NCBI GenBank assembly: GCA_021324595.1
Contig: JAJPIV010000048.1
Span: 1,876 to 65,875 of the forward strand
DNA length: 64,000 bases
Direction: 5' to 3'
Origin: Actinomycetota bacterium
GTDB lineage: Bacteria > Actinomycetota > Actinomycetes > Streptosporangiales > Streptosporangiaceae
Shown piece after piece: positions 29,600-39,942 of this stretch; position 1 is the first letter of the stretch, and every line of letters starts with the position of its first letter. The position numbers were made by a program, and so were the translations under genes. The notes under the pieces are model-generated. The model searched no databases and was not told the DNA's origin. It saw nothing but the letters and a program-made list of their open reading frames with translations.

Positions 29600-30843
29600 C
29601 GCTGGTCACCTTCCTGCTCCCGGAATCCCGTGACCCCCGGGGGCCTCGGGATGGCGGCGCTCACCAAGCGCTGGTAGTCCTCCAGGGCGTGCCGCTCGGC
29701 GCGGGTGACGGCGAGCGACCGCAGGCGCCGGTAGGCGCGGTGGGTGAGGCTCTCCTTGGCGTAGAAGCTCTCCGGGGTGTGGAACTGCAGCTCGAACCTG
29801 CCCCCCGCCGGGGTCTGCCACCGCGTGTTGATGCCCTTGTACTCCGGGTCGTCCCGCCAGCCGTCCTTCCGGTGGATCATGGCGTACCCCGCCGCTTCCA
29901 GGCGCCGCCGCACGTCCTCACACCCGCGAACATACCGTTCCCGGTCGAAGCAGAAGGTGTACCGGACCGCGTCGCCGACGTGGCCAATGGCCTCCTCCGG
30001 AGTCATGCCAACCCGGGCCGTCAGCTTGTCCGCGATCTTCTCCTTGAGGCGCTGCTCGCCCTTGAGCCGGTGCTCGAAGCCCATCAGGCGGCCCCCGTGC
30101 GGGTTCTCGCGCTCGATCAGCCGCAGCACCCTGCTGACCTGTGATTCCGGCTCGCGAAGCCGGGCGATCATCCGGTCGGCGAGCGCGTTCTGCCCGGGGT
30201 CGAGGTACCGGCCCCCCTCGCCGCGCCAGGAGCCCGGCGGGTCGCCCGGGCGCCGCCCGGCGGCGTCGCGCTCACCGGGCGCCTCCGGCCACCGGGCGAG
30301 GTGCTGCGCCCAGACGCGCTCGAGCCGCCCGACCTGGTTCCAGAACGCCCGGTCCGGCGCGTCCGCCCCGGAACGCTCCTGCGGCGCGCCAGGCCGGTCC
30401 GCGCCGCCATCCCGCTGGCCCTGCTCCCGCTGGCCCTGGTCCCGCTGGCCGTCGCCGGGCCGATGGTCACCCCGCCGGCCGTCCTCGGACCGCCGGCCGG
30501 CCTCGCCGGCCGGCCACCCCGGCGCGACCATCCTGCCCGGCCGGTCCGCGACGGTGCCCGGCGCCTCTCGCTGACGGGCCCGCGAGGCACGCCGGGCGCC
30601 CGGCCCGGCGCGGTCCCCGGCGAGGACCCCGCCAGGCCCGCGCCCGTACTCCGGTGAGCTCGGGTGGAAGGCAGGCAGCCGCCGCAGGCGCGCCTGCAGC
30701 GCGTCGCGGAGCACGCTCCGGTCAGCAAAGGTGACAGCGTGGTCGGCCGCCCGGCCCGCGCGTGCGTCTAACCGCTCGGTGTTGTCCTCCCACCGCTCGG
30801 TGTTGTCCTCGCCCAACGGCCGCCTCGCCCCTTCCCGCGGCAC
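29596..30843 (-). CDS. Protein with C-terminal RelA/SpoT-like nucleotidyltransferase domain (start uncertain)
   Basis: HRLK, GDAVRYTF, YKGINT and FELQFHT in synthetase motif order; low-complexity N-terminal half. Confidence 0.78.
   Translation of the reverse strand: MPREGARRPLGEDNTERWEDNTERLDARAGRAADHAVTFADRSVLRDALQARLRRLPAFHPSSPEYGRGPGGVLAGDRAGPGARRASRARQREAPGTVADRPGRMVAPGWPAGEAGRRSEDGRRGDHRPGDGQRDQGQREQGQRDGGADRPGAPQERSGADAPDRAFWNQVGRLERVWAQHLARWPEAPGERDAAGRRPGDPPGSWRGEGGRYLDPGQNALADRMIARLREPESQVSRVLRLIERENPHGGRLMGFEHRLKGEQRLKEKIADKLTARVGMTPEEAIGHVGDAVRYTFCFDRERYVRGCEDVRRRLEAAGYAMIHRKDGWRDDPEYKGINTRWQTPAGGRFELQFHTPESFYAKESLTHRAYRRLRSLAVTRAERHALEDYQRLVSAAIPRPPGVTGFREQEGDQR
30772..30811. repeat. 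21-bp tandem duplication (EDNTER x2)
   Basis: CCGCTCGGTGTTGTCCTC occurs twice, 21 bp apart. Confidence 0.8.
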
Positions 30844-30946
30844 CCGGTTGCTGCCCCGCCCGGCTGCTGCGGTACCCGGCTCCCGGTGGCAACCGGCACC
30901 GGTCCATTAGAGCATGACATTCGTCCGATGCGGGCCGGTCCCAGGA

Positions 30947-31306
30947 TCACCGGTAGCTGCCGCCCTTGACCGGCAGGCCGTTCGCTGCCCACGCCGACAT
31001 GCCGCCGCGCAGGTTGTAGGCCTCGCGGCCGGCGCGGGCGAGGAACCGGGCGGCTCGCGCCGAGCGCATGCCGGACTGGCAGACGGCGATCACCGGGCGG
31101 TCGTGCGGGATCTCCGCGAGCCGCGCGGGGAGCGATCCGAGAGGGATGTGGCGGGCCGCCGGGGCATGCCCCGTGCTCCACTCGTGCCGCTCCCGGACGT
31201 CGATCAGGACCGCGCGCCGCTGTGCGAGCAGCGCCTGGACCTCGCCCGCCGCGATCGTGCCGTATGGCCTGGTGAACATCTTCCTCAGCGTCGTGCCGAT
31301 GCCCAT
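30947..31306 (-). CDS. Rhodanese-like sulfurtransferase
   Basis: IDVRE..EW..GH, active-site loop CQSGMRS, NLRGGMSAW. Confidence 0.92.
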   Translation of the reverse strand: MGIGTTLRKMFTRPYGTIAAGEVQALLAQRRAVLIDVRERHEWSTGHAPAARHIPLGSLPARLAEIPHDRPVIAVCQSGMRSARAARFLARAGREAYNLRGGMSAWAANGLPVKGGSYR

Positions 31307-31415
31307 GCTCTCGCTCTCTCCGCCGATGCTCTCGCCCGGGACGGTGCCCCGGGCTGCCTGCGCCCCGCCCTGGCGTGCCCGCCCGCCTGCCCGCGGCCGC
31401 GGGACTGGGCGGCAC

Positions 31416-31453
31416 GGGACCAAGGTCCCTGCAGGCGAGGGACAGGCGTCCCT
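31416..31453. promoter_or_regulatory. Tandem DosR/DevR(OsdR)-like boxes
   Basis: GGGAC-CAAG-GTCCC (31416-31429) and AGGGAC-AGGC-GTCCCT (31438-31453), 23 bp apart. Confidence 0.7.
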
Positions 31454-31460
31454 GGCCAAT

Positions 31461-31476
31461 ATACCCCTGTGGGTAT
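31461..31476. promoter_or_regulatory. CsoR/CstR-family-like operator
   Basis: ATACCC-CTGT-GGGTAT palindrome just upstream of the OsmC gene. Confidence 0.65.
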
Positions 31477-31489
31477 CTAGCCTGACCGC

Positions 31490-31876
31490 ATGGAGGTCAC
31501 GTTCGTCTCTGGGGAGTCCTACGAGGTCGCGATCCGGGGCCATCGGATCGTGGTCGACCAGCCGGCCGAGGACGGGGGCGAGGACACCGCCCCGACGCCG
31601 ACCGAGCTGTTCGTCGCGTCGCTGGCCAGTTGCGTCGCCTACTTCGCCGGCCGTTACCTGACCAGGCACGGGTACGACCGGACCGGCCTGGCCGTCTCCG
31701 CCGACGTCGAGCTCGCGCCGGACCGGCCTTCCCGCGTGGGCCGCATCGCGATTACCGTCAAGGTGCCGACCGAGGTGCCGGAGTCTCGGTGGCCCGCGCT
31801 CGCCGCGGTGGCCGAGCACTGCACGGTTCACAACAGCATGCGCCAGCCGCCGCGCGTCAGCATCGAGCTGACCTGA
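31490..31876 (+). CDS. OsmC family protein
   Basis: DQP..GGEDTAPTPTELFVASLASC and HCTVHNS, the two conserved Cys. Confidence 0.92.
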   Translation: MEVTFVSGESYEVAIRGHRIVVDQPAEDGGEDTAPTPTELFVASLASCVAYFAGRYLTRHGYDRTGLAVSADVELAPDRPSRVGRIAITVKVPTEVPESRWPALAAVAEHCTVHNSMRQPPRVSIELT

Positions 31877-31920
31877 CGCCTCGGCCCGCGGGAGCTGGCG
31901 CAGGGGAGGTCGTGGTGAGC

Positions 31921-33702
31921 ATGGCGGACGGCACGGTCGGCACGGCAGCGGGCGCGGCGGCCCATCCATCGCCCGGCCCGGTGGCACCCGCCGATGCGCT
32001 GATCGAGCGGATCAGGAACGGGATCATCGGAGAGGGCGAGGTGCTGGACGGCCCGTTCGGGCCCCGGCGGATCACCTACGCGGACTACACCGCCTCCGGC
32101 AGATCGCTCGGCTTCATCGAGGACGCGATCCGCGCGCACGTGCTGCCGACCTACGCGAACACGCATACCGAGAGCTCGGGCACCGGCCTGGCGACGAGCC
32201 GCCTCCGCGAGGAGGCCAGGCGGATCATTCGTGACGCGGTCGGCGGCACGCAGGATGACCTGGTGATCTTCTGCGGATCCGGCTCGACGGCCGCGGTGAA
32301 CAAGCTCGTCGGGATCCTGGAGATCCGCGTGCCGGCCGGCCTGGACGACCGCCACCGGCTCACCCGCGCGATCCCCGCCGCCGAGCGCCCGGTGGTGTTC
32401 GTCGGCCCCTACGAGCACCACTCGAACGAGCTGCCCTGGCGGGAGTCGATCGCCGACGTGGTCGAGATCGGCGCGGATGCGGACGGCCACGTGGACCTGG
32501 CGGACCTGGAGGCCCGGCTCGCCGCCCACGCGGACCGGCCCCTGAAGATCGGCAGCTTCTCGGCCGCCTCGAACGTGACCGGCATCCTGACCGACACCGA
32601 GGCGATCGCCGCCCTGCTGCACGCCCACGGCGCGCTGTCCTTCTGGGACTACGCGGCCGCGGCCCCCTACGTCCGGATCCGGGTGCGCGAGTCCCGGCCG
32701 GGAGCGGGCGATCACAAGGACGCGGTGTTCATCTCCCCGCACAAGTTCATCGGAGGCCCGCAGACCCCTGGCGTCCTCGTCGTCCGCCGCGACCTGGTCC
32801 GCAACCGCGTGCCCACGGCACCCGGCGGCGGGACGGTCGCGTTCGTCGGCCCCGCCAGCCACCGGTACCTGGACGACCCGGTGGCCCGGGAGGAGGGCGG
32901 CACGCCCGCGATCATCGAGTCGATCCGCGCCGGCCTGGTCTTCGCGCTCAAGGAGGCGGTCGGCACCGACGTGATCAAGGAGCGCGAGGAGAGGCTGTGG
33001 AAGCGGGCCCTGGCCCGCTGGTCGGCCCACCCGGCGATCGAGGTGCTCGGCAACACCCACGCCCCCCGGCTGTCGATCGTCTCGCTGCGGATCAGGCACG
33101 GCGGGCGGTACCTGCACCACAACTTCGTGGTCGCGCTGCTCAACGACCTGTTCGGGATCCAGTCCCGCGGCGGCTGCTCGTGCGCCGGCCCCTACGGGCA
33201 CCGGCTGCTCGACATCAGCGCGGCGCGCTCGGTCGCCTTCGACCAGGAGATCGGGCGCGGCTGCGAGGGCATCAAGCCCGGCTGGGTCCGGATCAACTTC
33301 AACTACTTCATCTCCGACGCGGTCGCCGACTACCTGATCGACGCGGTCGTCGAGCTCGCCGAGCGCGGCCACCGACTGCTCCCCCAGTACCGCTTCGACC
33401 CGGCGACCGGCCTGTGGCGGCACCGCAGCGCCCGCCCGGCAGCACCCGCCCCGGCCGGCGGCCTCGCCGGCCTGGCTCTCGCCCCCGCCGCGGCCGCGGC
33501 CGCAGGGACCGCGAGCGCACCCGCCGCGGCGCCGGCCGCCCGCGCCCGGGCCGTCGGCGAGGAGGCGCTCCCGGGGTACCTGGCGCAAGCCCGCGACCTG
33601 CTCGCCGGCCTGCCCGACCCGTCCGAGGACGGCCCGACCGGCCTGGACGAGGACTTCGAGGCGCTCCGCTGGTTCGTGCTCCCGCCCGCCTGCCTCGCGT
33701 AG
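31921..33702 (+). CDS. Class V PLP aminotransferase / cysteine desulfurase-like
   Basis: YADYTASGR, EHHSN, WDYAA, SPHKFIGG (PLP Lys), RGGCSCAGPYG. Confidence 0.92.
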   Translation: MADGTVGTAAGAAAHPSPGPVAPADALIERIRNGIIGEGEVLDGPFGPRRITYADYTASGRSLGFIEDAIRAHVLPTYANTHTESSGTGLATSRLREEARRIIRDAVGGTQDDLVIFCGSGSTAAVNKLVGILEIRVPAGLDDRHRLTRAIPAAERPVVFVGPYEHHSNELPWRESIADVVEIGADADGHVDLADLEARLAAHADRPLKIGSFSAASNVTGILTDTEAIAALLHAHGALSFWDYAAAAPYVRIRVRESRPGAGDHKDAVFISPHKFIGGPQTPGVLVVRRDLVRNRVPTAPGGGTVAFVGPASHRYLDDPVAREEGGTPAIIESIRAGLVFALKEAVGTDVIKEREERLWKRALARWSAHPAIEVLGNTHAPRLSIVSLRIRHGGRYLHHNFVVALLNDLFGIQSRGGCSCAGPYGHRLLDISAARSVAFDQEIGRGCEGIKPGWVRINFNYFISDAVADYLIDAVVELAERGHRLLPQYRFDPATGLWRHRSARPAAPAPAGGLAGLALAPAAAAAAGTASAPAAAPAARARAVGEEALPGYLAQARDLLAGLPDPSEDGPTGLDEDFEALRWFVLPPACLA

Positions 33703-33763
33703 CGCGGGCGCGGCCGGGGACAACCGGGCGCGGCGCGGGGATGCCCGGGCGGGCGCGCCGCGC

Positions 33764-34279
33764 TCAGATGAACAGCAGCTGCGCGCCCTCGGTCTTCTCG
33801 ATGAAGTCCGCGGCGCTGATGATCCCCTCGACCCGCTCGTACAAGTCGCCCAGGTCCAGGTGCATCATGTCGGCCGACATCTTGCACGCCCACAGGTGCC
33901 CGCCGGAGTCGGTGATCTGCTCCAGGAACTCCGGCACGTCGGGAACGCCGACCTCCCTGATCTGCCTGCGCATCTGGTGGGTCGCCACGGCGGTCATCCC
34001 GGGCAGGCCGCCGAGCCCCTGCGGCATGTGCGTGGCCGTGTTGCCGAGCATGGTGAACTTCAGGTCCCCCATCCGCGACTTCGTGATGATGTCGAAGCCC
34101 CAGAAGGTGAAGAACAGATCGACCTGGACGCCCTCGCCCAGCGCGGCGTTGGCCAGGATCAGGCCCGGGTAGGCCATGTCCAGGTTCCCCTTGGAGCAGA
34201 TGATGGCGAGCTTGCGGCCCTCCGATGCGGCGTCGCCGAAGTCGGGGATGATGGCCGGCTCTTCCTGCGTGGTGCTCAT
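33764..34279 (-). CDS. DsrE/DsrF/DrsH-like sulfur carrier
   Basis: KLAIICSKG, LFFTFWG, ACKMSADMM. Confidence 0.9.
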   Translation of the reverse strand: MSTTQEEPAIIPDFGDAASEGRKLAIICSKGNLDMAYPGLILANAALGEGVQVDLFFTFWGFDIITKSRMGDLKFTMLGNTATHMPQGLGGLPGMTAVATHQMRRQIREVGVPDVPEFLEQITDSGGHLWACKMSADMMHLDLGDLYERVEGIISAADFIEKTEGAQLLFI

Positions 34280-34324
34280 CGCGTGCCTCCTCCTCGGTGC
34301 CCGTCTCACCCGCCCGGGCCGGCG

Positions 34325-34639
34325 TCAGACGCAGCCGACCGGCTTGGGCAGCCCGGCGATGTAGGCCATCTTCTTCGCCGGCTTGCCGGGGAACAGGGTG
34401 AACAACTCCCTCACCGGGATGCCGGCCACGGTCGAGACCCGGCGCAGCGTGGGGGTCTCGCCCTGCTCCTTGTAGTCCTCGCGCAGGAACCTGAGCACGC
34501 GCAGGTGTGCGTCGGTCAGCTCGATCCCGATGTTCGCGGCCAGCTGCCGGGCCAGGTCCTCGCTCCACTCGTCGTAGTCGGTCAGGAACCCCTCGGAGTC
34601 GACGTGGACCTGCGTGGCCCCGATCGTGGTGACAGGCAT
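34325..34639 (-). CDS. TusE/DsrC family sulfur relay protein
   Basis: VDSEGFL, LTDAH, LFPGKP, C-terminal AGLPKPVGCV. Confidence 0.92.
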   Translation of the reverse strand: MPVTTIGATQVHVDSEGFLTDYDEWSEDLARQLAANIGIELTDAHLRVLRFLREDYKEQGETPTLRRVSTVAGIPVRELFTLFPGKPAKKMAYIAGLPKPVGCV

Positions 34640-35883
34640 CAGTCCTCCCTCGGCTGGTGCTTTCCCGCCATCGACATCCGCGCCGGCAGCAGGGGGATCG
34701 GCCGGCCCGGCAGCATCACGTGCCAGTACATCCACCGGAAGGCGAGCTTCCCCCAGTGGTTGCGGGCGCTCTCCCGCAGCAGGCTGAACGGCCCGAGCGC
34801 CGGGACCGGGTAGCTGCCGGGGAGCGGCTCGGTGTCGTAGTTGAAGTCGAGGAGCAGTCCCTTGCCGTCCCCGGACTCCAGGAAGCAGTTGGCGTGCCCG
34901 TCGTAGGCGCCGGTCATCGGCTGGCCGGCCGCGTGCTGCAGGAAGTTCCCGGCGAAGACCTCGGCCTGGAAGTGCGCCGAGGACCCCGCCTTCGACGCGG
35001 GGAGATCGGCGGCGTCCCCGATGGCGAAGATGTTCGCGTGCGCGCGGGACAGCAGGGTGTGCTTGTCCGCGGGGACGTAGTTCAGCTCGTCGCCGAGCCC
35101 GGACCGCGCGATGTAGTCGGCGCCCATGTTCAGCGGGACGGTCACGAGGAGGTCGAACGGGACCTCGCGCTCGTCATAGGAGACCAGGACCTTGCGCTCG
35201 GCGTCGACCCGCTCGGTGACGAAGTCGGGCTCGACCGTGATCTTGCGCTCGTCCAGCATCGAGCCGAGGAGGGCGGAGGCGGCCGGCTTGGTGAACGCGC
35301 CATCCAGCGGCGTGACGTAGCTCAGCTCCACCCGGTCCCGCATCCCCAGCCGCCGGAAGCGGGCCTCGGCCAGGAACGCGAACTCCAGCGGCGCGACCGG
35401 GCACTTGATCGGCATGTCGACCAGGTGGACGACGAGGCGGCCGCCGTCGAACCGGGCCAGCGCCTCCGCGAGCGCGCGGGCCCCGTCCAGCGTGTAGAAG
35501 TCGAAGACGGACGCGCGCCACTGCCCGCCGAGCATGCCGGGGGTCTGGTCCGGCCGGGGCGCGGTGCCCGTGGCGATCACGAGGTAGTCGTAGCCGAGCC
35601 GGCGGCCGCCGGCGAGCAGCACCTCGCCGGCGTCGGCGTCGATCCGGTCGATCTCGCCGGGCACGAACTCGACGCCATCGGGGAGGAACCTGCGGCGCGG
35701 CTTGACGATCTGCGCGACCTGGTACTCCCCGAACGGGACGAACAGCAGGCCCGGCTGGTAGACATGCAGGTCGTCGCGGTCCACCACGGTGATCCGCCAA
35801 TCCGAGCGGCTCAGCCGCCGGCGGAGCTTGTTCACCACCATCGTCCCGGCCGTGCCGCCGCCGAGCACCAGCAGATGCCGCAT
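34639..35883 (-). CDS. sqr: Sulfide:quinone oxidoreductase-like flavoprotein (type III-like)
   Basis: GGGTAG, HVYQPG, IKCPVAPLEF, AIGDA, SKAGS, YDGHANCF. Confidence 0.85.
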   Translation of the reverse strand: MRHLLVLGGGTAGTMVVNKLRRRLSRSDWRITVVDRDDLHVYQPGLLFVPFGEYQVAQIVKPRRRFLPDGVEFVPGEIDRIDADAGEVLLAGGRRLGYDYLVIATGTAPRPDQTPGMLGGQWRASVFDFYTLDGARALAEALARFDGGRLVVHLVDMPIKCPVAPLEFAFLAEARFRRLGMRDRVELSYVTPLDGAFTKPAASALLGSMLDERKITVEPDFVTERVDAERKVLVSYDEREVPFDLLVTVPLNMGADYIARSGLGDELNYVPADKHTLLSRAHANIFAIGDAADLPASKAGSSAHFQAEVFAGNFLQHAAGQPMTGAYDGHANCFLESGDGKGLLLDFNYDTEPLPGSYPVPALGPFSLLRESARNHWGKLAFRWMYWHVMLPGRPIPLLPARMSMAGKHQPRED

Positions 35884-35948
35884 CGGGCTCCCCCTCCGGT
35901 CACGGTTCCTGCCCGGACCCTCACGCTAGGCCCCGGCGGCGGCCCAGG

Positions 35949-37090
<1,142 letters not shown>

Positions 37091-37094
<4 letters not shown>

Positions 37095-37993
37095 GACGCC
37101 ATCATGCCGCTCCCGCCCGTGAGGTGACGGGGCCAGAGCCGGCGGGCGCGCACCACGCACGCCTCGACCGCGTACAAGGTGACCTGCGCCTGCAGGTACA
37201 ACCAGGCGAGCAGGCCGAGGACCACGCCGAACACGCCGTACAGCGCCGAGCTGTGCGCGAGCGTCCGGCCCACGATGTAGCCGCCGAGGAGCTGGAGCAC
37301 CTGCCAGCTGACCGCCGCGAGCGCGGCCGCCAGCCGCAGGTCGCCCCAGCCGACCTCGGCCGCCGTGGCGAGGCGAAGGGCGAGCCAGAACACGCCGGCG
37401 TTCAGGGCGAGCGCGCAGGCGATGGTCGCGGCCTGGAGCCACGCCCCGGTGACCACGTGGCCGAGCCCGCCGGCCAGCGAGGACAGCGGCGTGGTGACGA
37501 TCTGGCCGATCCCGACCACCAGGACCAGCCCGATGCCGCGCAGCAGCGACCAGGGGAACGCGGGCCTGCGCTCGGGCGGGATGGCCCACACCGTGTTCAT
37601 GGCGTTCTGCGCGGCCATCGCCACGCCCCGCGCGCCCAGCAGCGCGCCGATCAGGCCGGCCGCCAGCGCCAGGCCGGTGGCCCGCAGCGGGTGAACGCTG
37701 CTGCCGATCTGCGGCCCGATCACCGGGTAGGCGCGCAGCGCGGAGCCGAGCACCCGGCGGCGCAGCGCCGGGTCGCGCCTGACCACGATGTCCAGCACCG
37801 TGACGAGCGCGAGCAGCAGGGGGAACGTGGCGACGAACGCGTAGTAGGCGATCAGCGCGGCCAGGCTCCCCGCCTGGTCGTCGCCGAACTTCCGCCACAC
37901 CGCCACCGGGAACGCCAGCGGCGGCCACCGGCGCTGTGCCCGGTCGGCCGCCTCCAGCGCCCTCGCCACGGCTGCTCGCATCACCTGCCACAT
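37091..37993 (-). CDS. YihY/BrkB family membrane protein
   Basis: KFGDDQAGSLAALIAYY, YGVFGVVLGLLAWLY. Confidence 0.9.
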
Positions 37994-38121
37994 GCCCGCG
38001 CGCGCCCGGCGTCACCCGGAACGGGCGCGCCCCGCTGGAAACTCTTTAGCGAGGTGAAATATCGTGGGTGCCTGGCTCGTTGAGCAGATGACCCCGGACC
38101 ACACCAGTGAGGCGCGGCGAC

Positions 38122-39912
38122 GTGGCGAGCACGGAACGAGAGCAGGGCATCGGGGCGGCGGCCGGGGCGGCCGCCGCCCCCGGGCGCGGCGGCGCGGGGC
38201 GCGGCCTGCGCGGCGCGCACTACAAGTGGGTCGCGCTGTCCAACACGACGCTCGGGATCCTGGCGGCCACGACGAACGCGTCCATCGTGATCATCTCGCT
38301 GCCGGCGATCTTCCGCGGCATCCACCTCAACCCCCTCACCCCGGGGAACATCAGCTACCTGCTGTGGATGCTCATGGGCTACCTGGTGGTCTCGGCGGTC
38401 CTGGTCGTGACGCTCGGCCGGCTCGGCGACATCTACGGCCGGGTCCGGATGTACAACGTGGGCTTCGCCCTGTTCGCGCTCGGCGCCCTCGCGCTCCCCT
38501 TCGACCCGCTCACCGGCCCGGGCGGGGCGCTGTGGCTGATCGGCTGGCGCATCCTGCAGGCGGTCGGCGGCGCGATGCTGATGGCCAACTCCCCCGCGAT
38601 CCTGACCGACGCGTTCCCCTACAACCAGCGCGGCATGGCGATGGGGGTCAACCAGATCGCCGGCATCTCCGGGCAGTTCATCGGCCTGATCCTCGGCGGC
38701 ATCCTGGCCGCGGTCGACTGGCGGCTGGTCTTCCTGGTGTCGGTCCCGATCGGCGTCGGCGGCGCGATCTGGTCCTACGTCAGCCTGCGCGAGGTCGGCG
38801 CCCGCACGCCGGCCAGGATCGACTGGCTGGGCAACCTGACCTTCGCGGTCGGCCTGGTCGGCCTGCTGACCGGGATCACCTACGGCATCCAGCCCTACGG
38901 CGGGCACACGATGGGCTGGACCAGCCCGTTCGTGCTGACCTACCTGCTCGGCGGCGTCGCGCTGCTCGCCGCGTTCTGCCTGATCGAGCTGCGGGTCGCC
39001 GCGCCGATGTTCGACCTGCGGCTGCTGCGGATCCGGGCGTTCTCCACCGGGGTGGGCGCGGCGCTGCTCGCCTCGATCGCCCGCGGCGGCCTGCAGTTCA
39101 TGCTGATCATCTGGCTGCAGGGCATCTGGCTGGTGCTGCACGGCTACTCCTTCATCGAGACCCCGCTGTGGTCCGGCATCTACCTGCTCCCGATGACGGC
39201 CGGGTTCCTGATCGCCGGCCCGGTCTCCGGCTGGCTCTCGGACCGGTTCGGCGCCCGGCTCTTCGCCTCGGGCGGGCTGCTGCTGTCCGCGGCGGCCTTC
39301 GGCGGGCTGCTGCTGATCCCGGTCAACTTCGGCTACCCGCTGTTCGCCTTCCTGGTCTTCCTGTCCGGCGCGGGCATGGGCCTGTTCTCCGCGCCGAACG
39401 CCGCCGCCGTCATGAACAGCGTCCCGCCGCGCCAGCGGGGCGCGGCCTCGGGCATGATGGCGACCTTCCAGAACTCCGGCTTCGTGCTGTCGATCGGCAT
39501 CTTCTTCTCGCTGATGATCGCCGGCCTGGCCGCGACGCTGCCGGTGACGCTCACCAGCGGCCTGGCCGGGCAGGGCGTGCCGCTGGCGATCGCTCGCGCG
39601 ATCGGCTCGCTGCCGCCGGTCGGCAGCCTGTTCGCCGCGTTCCTCGGCTACAACCCGGTCCACACCCTGCTCGCGCCGACCGGGGTGCTGGCGCACCTGC
39701 CCGCCGGCCACGTCGCCGTGCTCACCGGCCGGCGGTTCTTCCCGCAGCTGATCTCCGGCCCGTTCCACCACGGCCTGGCGATCGTCTTCGGCATGGCGAT
39801 GGGCGTGCTCGTGGCCGCCGCGCTGCTGTCGCTGCGCCACGGCGGGACCGAGGCGGTCAGGCAGCGCGAGGCCGCCGAGGCGGCGCGAGCCGAGCGGGCG
39901 CTCCAGGGCTGA
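38122..39912 (+). CDS. MFS transporter (14-TM, DHA2-like)
   Basis: GRLGDIYGR, RILQAVGG, GWLSDRFG, many TM segments. Confidence 0.93.
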   Translation: MASTEREQGIGAAAGAAAAPGRGGAGRGLRGAHYKWVALSNTTLGILAATTNASIVIISLPAIFRGIHLNPLTPGNISYLLWMLMGYLVVSAVLVVTLGRLGDIYGRVRMYNVGFALFALGALALPFDPLTGPGGALWLIGWRILQAVGGAMLMANSPAILTDAFPYNQRGMAMGVNQIAGISGQFIGLILGGILAAVDWRLVFLVSVPIGVGGAIWSYVSLREVGARTPARIDWLGNLTFAVGLVGLLTGITYGIQPYGGHTMGWTSPFVLTYLLGGVALLAAFCLIELRVAAPMFDLRLLRIRAFSTGVGAALLASIARGGLQFMLIIWLQGIWLVLHGYSFIETPLWSGIYLLPMTAGFLIAGPVSGWLSDRFGARLFASGGLLLSAAAFGGLLLIPVNFGYPLFAFLVFLSGAGMGLFSAPNAAAVMNSVPPRQRGAASGMMATFQNSGFVLSIGIFFSLMIAGLAATLPVTLTSGLAGQGVPLAIARAIGSLPPVGSLFAAFLGYNPVHTLLAPTGVLAHLPAGHVAVLTGRRFFPQLISGPFHHGLAIVFGMAMGVLVAAALLSLRHGGTEAVRQREAAEAARAERALQG

Positions 39913-39942
39913 ACGGGCGGCCGGCTGCCCTCGGGCACGGGC

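Noticed and set aside
34325..34639. Evidence for dissimilatory sulfite reduction
   Set aside because: Only one C-terminal Cys and no dsrAB; it fits a TusE-type carrier.
38044..38062. AT-rich patch upstream of the MFS gene as a MarR operator
   Set aside because: The dyad is too imperfect and no cognate regulator is adjacent.
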